Source: a virus (taxonomy: Duplodnaviria > Caudoviricetes). Taken from it: DNA of 28,388 bases. Shown here in pieces: positions 8,638 to 16,500 of this stretch. The stretch spans positions 1 through 28,388 of the IMG/VR virus record IMGVR_UViG_3300012665_000987; one strand, 5' to 3'. The position numbers and the translations under genes are program-made. The stretch's first letter is position 1; each line of letters begins with the position of its first letter. A model generated the notes under the pieces. The model made no database searches and was not told where the DNA came from. It saw nothing but the letters and a program-made list of their open reading frames with translations.

Positions 8638-8669
8638 CAAACTTGCTACCTGTATAAAGGAGACTAGAG

Positions 8670-9155
8670 ATGGCAAAATTTTACTCAACAAAAACTTACG
8701 GAAACGATCGCGGCTTATCATGCTGTTTTAGACAATGGCGTGCCACACATAGCCATTGCTCGACACTACACGGATACTCGATCGGTATCAAACTAATCTT
8801 TGAATGCGACACACTAGATGATAAAAACTGGTGCATGGACTTTGGCGGACTTAAAGAATTCAAAGCATGGGCAGATTATATGTTTGATCATACTTTGGTT
8901 ATCGCTGAAGATGATCCTCACTTAGAAGTATTCAAACAACTAAATGGTATTGGCGGCGGCTTCGACGACAGCGGTGTATGTGATTTACGCATTGTACCGG
9001 GCGTCGGATGTGAAATGTTTGCTAAATTGGCATATGATAAAATGGCTGAGCTATTAGCGTCTGGAGATATGCGCTATCCAATTAACCCAACAGTAAGAGT
9101 TAAATCAGTTGAAGTATTTGAACACGGCGCTAATTCGGCTACATACGAAGGTTAA
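8670..9155 (+). CDS. queD: QueD / 6-pyruvoyl-tetrahydropterin synthase family (T-fold) protein
   Basis: HCSTLHGYS, MDFGGLK, FDHT, GCEMFA and [13 protein letters not shown] motifs. SD AAGGAG at 8657-8662. Confidence 0.88.
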   Translation: MAKFYSTKTYGNDRGLSCCFRQWRATHSHCSTLHGYSIGIKLIFECDTLDDKNWCMDFGGLKEFKAWADYMFDHTLVIAEDDPHLEVFKQLNGIGGGFDDSGVCDLRIVPGVGCEMFAKLAYDKMAELLASGDMRYPINPTVRVKSVEVFEHGANSATYEG

Positions 9156-9309
9156 ATGTGCTTGGCGACTATGGGCCAAGTCGCTAGGGGAGAAATCGGG
9201 CAACTCTGATAAAGAAGCAGATCAAGTTGCCTGTATCCGAACTGTGATTCTTCTAATATATATTATTACAAATCTGTTTATTATTGCAGGAGTAATCAGA
9301 CACTGGTAA
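9109..9309 (+). CDS. Small single-pass membrane protein
   Basis: [11 protein letters not shown]...hydrophobic helix...VIRHW. The TTG start overlaps the queD 3' end and is uncertain. Confidence 0.55.
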   Translation: MKYLNTALIRLHTKVKCAWRLWAKSLGEKSGNSDKEADQVACIRTVILLIYIITNLFIIAGVIRHW

Positions 9310-9312
9310 ATA
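9307..9312 (+). promoter_or_regulatory. Putative late promoter (TAAATA) for kdsA
   Basis: TAAATA, 5 nt, then ATG 9318, with no SD. Confidence 0.55.
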
Positions 9313-9317
9313 ATAAT

Positions 9318-10139
9318 ATGCGCACATTCAATATTAATAATCTTTCCATTGGCAACCGACATCCTTTTGTTTTGATTGCAGGTCCTTGCCAAATTGAAAG
9401 TCAAGATCATGCAGAAGATACTGCCGGAGCAATAAAAGAAATTACCGATTCCCTAGGAATTAAGTTAATTTATAAAAGCTCGTACGATAAGGCTAACAGG
9501 TCAAGTATTGGTACTCCGAGAGGTATTGGCATTGATCAAGGGTTACAAATATTAAATGCAATAAAACATAGTTTTGGTATTCCTATTCTTACTGACATTC
9601 ACGAAGCATATCAAGCACAAATTGTTGCTGATGCAGGCGTTGATATTTTGCAAATACCTGCATTCCTTTGTAGGCAAACCGATTTACTATTAGCAGCTGG
9701 TGCCACCGGCTGTGCTATTAATGTCAAGAAAGGTCAATTTCTTGCTCCCCACGATATGAAAAATGTTGCGGCAAAAATTGCTTCAACAGGCAATGAACGC
9801 ATTATGTTATGCGAAAGAGGATACACTCATGGATATAATAATCTTGTTGTTGATATGCGTAGCTTACCCATTATGGCAAGCACCGGCTATCCAGTGGTCT
9901 TTGATGCCACACATTCTGTACAACAACCTGGAGGACTTGGAACAGTCTCTGGGGGAGATAGAACCATGGTACCCTACCTGGCGAGAGCTGCTGTAGCCAC
10001 AGGATGCGTTGCTGCTGTGTTTATGGAAACGCACGAAGATCCAGATAATGCTCCTAGTGACGGCCCTAATATGATTCCAATATCCCAATTGAAAAATATT
10101 TTATCACAACTACAATCTATCGATAGGATAGTTAAATGA
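9318..10139 (+). CDS. kdsA: 3-deoxy-8-phosphooctulonate (KDO8P) synthase
   Basis: [51 protein letters not shown] and [14 protein letters not shown] motifs. Confidence 0.96.
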   Translation: MRTFNINNLSIGNRHPFVLIAGPCQIESQDHAEDTAGAIKEITDSLGIKLIYKSSYDKANRSSIGTPRGIGIDQGLQILNAIKHSFGIPILTDIHEAYQAQIVADAGVDILQIPAFLCRQTDLLLAAGATGCAINVKKGQFLAPHDMKNVAAKIASTGNERIMLCERGYTHGYNNLVVDMRSLPIMASTGYPVVFDATHSVQQPGGLGTVSGGDRTMVPYLARAAVATGCVAAVFMETHEDPDNAPSDGPNMIPISQLKNILSQLQSIDRIVK

Positions 10140-10828
10140 TTTCAGTACTATGTGTTAAATTTGGTACCAAGTACGGAGTAAACTATGTTGAACGATTGCG
10201 TAACATGGTGTCTCGACATCTTACAGTACCCTATGAGTTTTTTTGTTTAACTGATGATCCTACTCCAATTGACGGAGTTAAACTCTTAGTACAGCCTAAT
10301 GCTAGATATGCAAGACCGTGGTGGCATAAGGTGCATATGTTTGATCCTTCGCTGGGTCTGCAAGGTCGTATACTTTACTTTGATCTTGACGTAATTATTC
10401 ATGCAAACATCAATAAGTTAATAGATTCTCAAGATCAAGAATTCCGCGGCATTCGAGACTTTAATAGAAAGTATCATAAGGATTGGAAAATACTTAACAG
10501 TTCTGCAATGAGTTGGATTGCTGGATCTCATCCAGATATCTACAATCATTTTATGGCCGACCCAAGACGTGCTCAACAAATGCATGGAGATCAAGATTGG
10601 ATTTGGCAAGTGGCAAAGAACCGAATTAAATTTTGGCCGGACGAATGGCTAATGAGTTACAAATGGGAAATTAGGGATCGGAACGAGATACAATTCTCTC
10701 ACCCTAATAGAATCTTCCGCGATGTTCGAAATCCTGTAATTCCAAACGACTGTGCTGTTTGTGTTTTTCACGGTGACCCAAAACCAGAAGATATTAAAGA
10801 TCCTTTTGTAGTTGACAACTGGCGGTAA
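10136..10828 (+). CDS. GT-A fold glycosyltransferase
   Basis: DxD motif in LYFDLDVII, plus WWHK, NSSAM, GDQDWI and VFHGDPKP. Coupled to kdsA by an ATGA overlap. Confidence 0.8.
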   Translation: MISVLCVKFGTKYGVNYVERLRNMVSRHLTVPYEFFCLTDDPTPIDGVKLLVQPNARYARPWWHKVHMFDPSLGLQGRILYFDLDVIIHANINKLIDSQDQEFRGIRDFNRKYHKDWKILNSSAMSWIAGSHPDIYNHFMADPRRAQQMHGDQDWIWQVAKNRIKFWPDEWLMSYKWEIRDRNEIQFSHPNRIFRDVRNPVIPNDCAVCVFHGDPKPEDIKDPFVVDNWR

Positions 10829-10840
10829 TGATGTTATACT
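10812..10840 (+). promoter_or_regulatory. Sigma70-type promoter with extended -10
   Basis: TTGACA (10812-10817), 17 nt spacer, TGnTATACT (10835-10840). ATG follows 6 nt later. Confidence 0.8.
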
Positions 10841-10846
10841 AGTAGT

Positions 10847-11080
10847 ATGAACTTTACTACTCATCAAAGCCAAATCCGCACAATCAAACGAGACGATGCT
10901 CGCTTTCGTATCATTGACAAATTTACAACCTGTGGTAGAGCAGGATTTGAAATTTCAAAACAATGCCCACGTGAATACAAATTGATCCTATCCGAATGTA
11001 TCGATCGTGGATGGATCCAACCTGTGGCCTACATGACAGAACGTGAACTTCTTATTTCGGGATTATCTAATGAAAATTAA
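10847..11080 (+). CDS. Hypothetical protein
   Basis: 77-aa ORF directly after the promoter. Confidence 0.75.
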   Translation: MNFTTHQSQIRTIKRDDARFRIIDKFTTCGRAGFEISKQCPREYKLILSECIDRGWIQPVAYMTERELLISGLSNEN

Positions 11081-11237
11081 ATTTGATAAAGACACAATGC
11101 CAGACGAACTTTACAATTCGTTGCTACAACATTTTGTAAACGAAGCAGTTGGGCTAGGTGTAGAAGTAAACAAGTTTACTCAGTTCGACAATTGGGTAGT
11201 TGAATGTACTGTAGACGCTAAAGAAAGTGTGCATTAA
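11070..11237 (+). CDS. Hypothetical protein
   Basis: ATG 11070, in frame with the ORF-track start 11043, gives a 55-aa product abutting uvsE. Confidence 0.6.
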   Translation: MKIKFDKDTMPDELYNSLLQHFVNEAVGLGVEVNKFTQFDNWVVECTVDAKESVH

Positions 11238-12263
11238 ATGATCAAGAAAATTGGCTTTGCCTGCAAGTGGATCGACGGTCCTAGTCAGATTGATGGTATT
11301 AAACAGACCGACAATTGCAAACAGTATAATACTGGCAGCACCACGGTGGCTTGGTTAAACAGACAGACCAAGGAAGTAGCCGAGCAAAAACTATGGGACC
11401 TAATGACCGGCAATATCGAAGCTGCTCGCAAACTGGTAGAGTTAGTTGGAGAACAAGATGAAAATCTTAGAATGGTACGATTGTCAAGCGATATACTTCC
11501 TGTATATACTCAGCAGGATTGGTGCGGGTTTTGGCGGCGCAGCGATGTCCGAACCTATTGCGAGAGAGCATTTGGAGAAGTGGGAGATTTGGCTCGCAAG
11601 AATAGTGTTAGGCTCAGTATGCATCCTGGGCAGTTTACTGTGCTTGCCTCTAGTAATCCGGGCATTGTAGAACGATCAATTGAAGAATTTGAATATCATA
11701 CCGACATGGCACGATGGATGGGCTATGGTAAAACATTTCAAGACTTTAAAATTAATGTTCATATCTCAGGTCGTGAAGGTCCCGAAGGTATCCGCAGAGC
11801 ATTAACTAGGCTTTCTCCCGAAGCCCGTAATTGCATTACAATCGAAAACGACGAAATGACTTGGGGTATTGATTCTAGTATAGAACTAGCAAAAGACTGC
11901 GCCCTAGTACTAGACATTCATCACCATTGGATTAACTCAGGAGAATATATTGACCCGAATGATGACCGTGTTAAAAGGATTATTGATAGTTGGCGTGGTG
12001 TTCGCCCTGTCATACATTACAGTGTATCACGGGAAGACTGTCTTGTTGAGCATCCCGGACACATCCGCCCCAATCTTCAGACCCTCTTAGAAAGCGGGTA
12101 CAAAAAACAAAAACTCAGAGCACACTCAAATTTTTACTGGAATACTCCAGCAAATGAATGGGCACTGAGTTTTCGAGAGCACTTCGATATCATGTGCGAA
12201 AGCAAGGCAAAAAATCTTGCTAGCTTTGCACTATATCAAGAAGCATTAAGCCTTGGGCTTTGA
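11238..12263 (+). CDS. uvsE: UV DNA damage endonuclease UvsE/UVDE
   Basis: IGFACK, RLSSDILP, RLSMHPGQFTVLAS, INVHISG, IENDE, LDIHHHW, HYS and DIMCESKAKNLA motifs. Confidence 0.93.
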   Translation: MIKKIGFACKWIDGPSQIDGIKQTDNCKQYNTGSTTVAWLNRQTKEVAEQKLWDLMTGNIEAARKLVELVGEQDENLRMVRLSSDILPVYTQQDWCGFWRRSDVRTYCERAFGEVGDLARKNSVRLSMHPGQFTVLASSNPGIVERSIEEFEYHTDMARWMGYGKTFQDFKINVHISGREGPEGIRRALTRLSPEARNCITIENDEMTWGIDSSIELAKDCALVLDIHHHWINSGEYIDPNDDRVKRIIDSWRGVRPVIHYSVSREDCLVEHPGHIRPNLQTLLESGYKKQKLRAHSNFYWNTPANEWALSFREHFDIMCESKAKNLASFALYQEALSLGL

Positions 12264-12482
12264 TGCTTTTGGCTTACGTGGTGCTTTTGGTTTAGCAGTT
12301 TTAGCGGGTGCCTTTTTAGCCGCTGGCTTTTTAGCTGGAGCAATGGACTCAACAACTGCCTGAGTAGCTTGTTCAGCAACTGGTGTAGGTGCCGGAGCAA
12401 CTTCAACTTTGTAAGGTGCAGCTTCTGGTTGTGTTGGTTCTGCTGGCTTTGTGCCAAATAGTTTTTTAATAAATCCGATCAT
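12246..12482 (-). CDS. Small Ala/Lys/Pro-rich (histone H1 tail-like) protein
   Basis: PAKKPAAKKAPAKTAKPKAPRKPK tail and an amphipathic N-terminus MIGFIKKLFG. SD AAGGAG and TAAATA upstream on the minus strand. Confidence 0.8.
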   Translation of the reverse strand: MIGFIKKLFGTKPAEPTQPEAAPYKVEVAPAPTPVAEQATQAVVESIAPAKKPAAKKAPAKTAKPKAPRKPKASKPKA

Positions 12483-12504
12483 ATCGAAATCTCCTTATGA
12501 GTTT

Positions 12505-12532
12505 TATTTACTTCATTTTGTAGACTTAAATA
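12505..12532. promoter_or_regulatory. Divergent pair of putative late promoters
   Basis: TATTTA at 12505-12510 (TAAATA on minus) and TAAATA at 12527-12532 (plus, 5 nt before the iscU ATG). Confidence 0.55.
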
Positions 12533-12537
12533 CAATT

Positions 12538-12927
12538 ATGGCATATTCAGATAAAGTTATTGATCACTACGAAAACCCAAGAAATGTTGGCTCATTTGAA
12601 AAGGATGACCCAACTGTAGGAACCGGCATGGTAGGTGCGCCCGCTTGCGGCGATGTTATGAAACTTCAAATAAAGGTGGAAGATGGCATTATTACGGACG
12701 CGAAATTCAAAACTTATGGCTGCGGATCAGCAATCGCAAGTTCATCACTCGTTACGGAGTGGGTCAAAGGTAAGACGCTGGCAGAAGCAGGATCTATTAA
12801 GAATGCTGAAATCGCCGAACATCTTGCACTCCCCCCAGTTAAAATACATTGCTCAATTCTTGCTGAAGACGCAATCAAAGCGGCTGTAAATGATTACCGT
12901 AACAGACATAGCTCAACAGAAAATTAA
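12538..12927 (+). CDS. iscU: Fe-S cluster scaffold IscU
   Basis: MAYSDKVIDHYENPRNVG, GAPACGDVM, FKTYGCGSAIAS and LPPVKIHCS motifs. True start is ATG 12538. Confidence 0.96.
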   Translation: MAYSDKVIDHYENPRNVGSFEKDDPTVGTGMVGAPACGDVMKLQIKVEDGIITDAKFKTYGCGSAIASSSLVTEWVKGKTLAEAGSIKNAEIAEHLALPPVKIHCSILAEDAIKAAVNDYRNRHSSTEN

Positions 12928-13216
12928 GCAACTGCTTGAAAAGCGAGGCAAAGGTGCTGGGATTCGGCTGGGCGTAAAAACTACAGGCTGTAGTGGATTA
13001 GCATACACGATTGAATACGTAGACGAATACACATCAGAAGTAGGAGTTACTAATTTTGGGTATCCAGATTTTGTGGTATTAGTCGACGCTAAATCTCTCG
13101 CCTATATTGACGGAGTAACTGTAGATTGGGTCCGCAATGGTCTCAATGAAGGATTTGATTTTAAAAATCCAAATGAACGTGACCGATGCGGTTGCGGCGA
13201 AAGTTTTAGAGTTTAA
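12890..13216 (+). CDS. iscA: A-type Fe-S carrier IscA
   Basis: GVKTTGCSGLAY and FKNPNERDRCGCGESF motifs. Confidence 0.95.
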   Translation: MITVTDIAQQKIKQLLEKRGKGAGIRLGVKTTGCSGLAYTIEYVDEYTSEVGVTNFGYPDFVVLVDAKSLAYIDGVTVDWVRNGLNEGFDFKNPNERDRCGCGESFRV

Positions 13217-13500
13217 TATTTTCCTACGGGCAATGTGCTACTAGCGGGCATATCCCAAATTTTCTTCTGCTCAACTCCCTTTCTTTGAGCAAATCTCTTA
13301 GTATCACAATTAGGACAACAATGAAAATAATTGTTGCTTAATCTCTTACGATCCATCTGGCGCACATCACGACTAAATTCGTTACTACAATTGTCGCAAA
13401 GGAATAATGCCACAGTTTTTTCTCGGGTATATGTATGCTCTATACCGTTCTTACTGTGTCTAACATATTGACTTTGTTGAGTTTCTTTTTTTAAGAACAT
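13213..13500 (-). CDS. Hypothetical zinc-ribbon protein
   Basis: CDNC...CCPNC and basic. TAAATA lies 4 nt upstream of the ATG on the minus strand. Confidence 0.75.
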   Translation of the reverse strand: MFLKKETQQSQYVRHSKNGIEHTYTREKTVALFLCDNCSNEFSRDVRQMDRKRLSNNYFHCCPNCDTKRFAQRKGVEQKKIWDMPASSTLPVGKY

Positions 13501-13504
13501 TCTG

Positions 13505-13540
13505 TATTTACATTAGGCTTATAAAACTTTGGGCTAAATA
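13505..13540. promoter_or_regulatory. Divergent pair of putative late promoters
   Basis: TATTTA at 13505-13510 (minus) and TAAATA at 13535-13540 (plus, ahead of the structural module). Confidence 0.55.
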
Positions 13541-13570
13541 TTAGTGCAAGTAATAATCTTAGGATCCGCT

Positions 13571-16500
13571 ATGGCAAGAAAACCAATTGATATCGGCGTT
13601 GTAGGCAACGACGGCACAGGCGATAGTATTCGCGACTCATTCAGAAAAGTAAATGAAAACTTCCTTGAACTTTATAGTTCGTTAGGCTTAGGTGACAGGC
13701 TTACCTTTAAAGGATTAGATGATACTCCAAGCTCGTATGATGGATACGAAAATGCATTATTAACCGTTGGTGTTGATCAAACTACTGGTTTAAGCGGTAT
13801 TAAATTTAAACCTTTACTAGAAGGTACTGGTGTTAAAATTGACACTACTGCTACCGGTATTACTATTAATACTTTGTTTTCAGCTATTTCAGGAGACCCT
13901 AGCCCACAGTTAGGTGGTCCTCTTAATGCAGGTTCTGGTACATTACGCTTCCCAATTGGTAATTTACCCGATCTACGTAGTGCTAGTGAATTCTCTACTG
14001 CAATTGCTAGACTTACACAGTCACATGGTCTGCTATATGCTGACCCAGATAGAATAGTTGCAAATAAAGGATATGTTGATAAAAAGATATCATTAGCTGG
14101 CGTAGATGCCATTGATCCTAGAACTAATAGAGTTAATCCAGATTTTGGACGAATGACTGGCCCGTTGGTGTTGTCACGAGATCCAATACCGTCAGATGAC
14201 GAAACATTTGACGGGTTAGTTGCTGCTACCAAAAGATATGTTGACGGGTCTGCGTTTGGATCTGTATCAAACTTATATGTTGCGTTATCTGGTCAAGACG
14301 AAAGACCAGGAGTTAGTATGGCACTCCAGGGTCGGGCGCTAGCATATGCATATAGAACCGTAGAGGCCGCACTAAAACGAGCAGAAGAACTAATACTCGA
14401 ATCTCGAGTAGAGATCGGACCGTACAAGAAAGTATTGACTTACGGCGAAGGCACTGCACAGTGTACATTGTCTGACATCAGCGTTGCTCCAGATTCTGGA
14501 AGCGGGTTTGAAGGTGTAGCATACATGAGTATTGCTACTATTTCAATTGCCGATAATTCATTAGATTATAACTATCGAGCCGGAGACATTATATTTCTTA
14601 ATGTTGGCGGGACCGGAACCCCTGCTCAAGTCGAAGTATTAGCCGTTAACGCTGGAGGTGAAATTCTTTCTTTTAGATTAGTGACACCTGGTGTGTATTC
14701 TGTGTTGCCAGGAGGGTTAATAGACTCTACTACCGACAGCGACTTTGGTGGTGGTGCAACTTTTAACGTAACTTATAAAGTTAATAATATTAGAGTTAAG
14801 ACCGTTATCGACGACGGCGTTGATGGTAGAGGATCAGGATACGGTCTAGTATCTGTACGTATTGTACCCGGTAGTGGTGATACTACTGGATCGGGAGCAT
14901 TTGGTACAGCTAACGTAGTAGATGGAAAAGTTGAAAGTGTTACTGTTACTGACCAAGGATCTGGGTTTACTGTTACACCAGATGTCATAGTCACATTACC
15001 TAGATTTAAATTATACACAGCTGGTTTAAGAACTGACTTTACTGGCAATGTTCTTGTTAACACGTCTGCTGCGGCTAGAACTAGAGATATTCGAGACGGA
15101 CTATATTTGCGTGGCGAAGAGTCCGGAGCATTGGCTCAAATTTTATCACACCGTGGGGAACTTGACGGACTTGACGAAGTATTTGATGTTGATATTAAAT
15201 ATGGCGCATTTACAGTTGGGGAAGTTATTTCATATGGTGATGTTACTAAATTACAACAAATTTCAATTAACATCGAAAGTGGCACATACGAAGAGAACTA
15301 TCCGTTAAAGGTTCCACAAAACGTTGCGATAATCGGTGATGAGTTCCGCCGTGTAATTATTAAACCAAAAGTTGGTGTTAGTTCAAGTCCATGGGCATTT
15401 GTAAACTTTAAAAGAGATTTATCGATAGACGATAATATTACCGCAGAACAAGAGTTTGGGTGGCATTATTTGGCAGATCCGTCTAAGCCAGTATATCCGT
15501 TAATTAATAATAAAGGTTACTACCGTTCGGCCGCCGAACTATTATCTTTGAACAAATCTTTTATTCAGGAAGAAATTATTGCTTGGATTGCTGAGCAAGT
15601 AAGTGAGGCAGAACCGTCCGACACATTCTATAATTTTAACGATTACAGTACTAGTGTATGGAAACGAAATGTTGGATCAATCATCGATGCGTATATATTT
15701 GACCTTAAATGGGGCGGGTATAATAGGACCATTTCAGCAGCATTAAAATACCAAGATAGTGACACTGATCAGTTTACTGCCGCAATTAATTATATTGATA
15801 CACTAGGCCAACAAATTATTGCTAACACAGCAATTACAACAATTTATAATACTATTAAACAACAAGTTATCGACTTAGCTTACGTTGCAGAAGTAGGATC
15901 TGATAGTGTTATTACTGAATTGAAAGATGTTGTAATTGATTTTATTAACGGTTCAGGTGCAGGTGCTGCTGTACCTAACTTCCCTAAAGACAACAACGAT
16001 CTAGACGTATTCTTGTGTAATGATGCTGTCATTGTTCGTGCAGTTACATGTCAAGGACATGGCGGATTTATGATGGTGCTTGATCCAGAAGGCCAGATCC
16101 TTGCCAAGTCACCATACGCACAAGAGTGTGCTAGTTTTTCAAGAAGTACTGGTCGTAAACGATTTAGCGGCGGTATGTTTGTCGATGGATTTACTGGTAA
16201 CTTGCAATTTGAAATTTACGAAAAAGGTGTTGCGGCTGCAGGCAATTTTATTATTGGCAACTCATACACTATTAAGACCGTAGGTACTACTGACTTTACG
16301 ACACTAGGTGCTGCCAATAATGATATTGGAACAGTATTTACAGCTACAGGATCGGGAGCAGGAACCACTGGTACAGCGTACAATAATACATTCCTTCGAG
16401 TGCGTGGCCTAGGAAGATTCCCTAATCTACCAGCTAGCTTTATTGTTAATGATACTGTATATAGAATTAATTATGTTCGTGATTTTGTTTATAGTGCATC

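Noticed and set aside
12451-12537. N-terminal extension of IscU in the ORF track
   Set aside because: It overlaps the divergent gene and promoters. The IscU family start MAYS is at 12538.
9318-13216. Bacterial chromosome origin or chimeric assembly for kdsA/iscU/iscA
   Set aside because: Normal operon neighbours (pyrG/eno, iscRS/hscBA) are absent. The genes are interleaved with phage ORFs and share phage-type promoter motifs.
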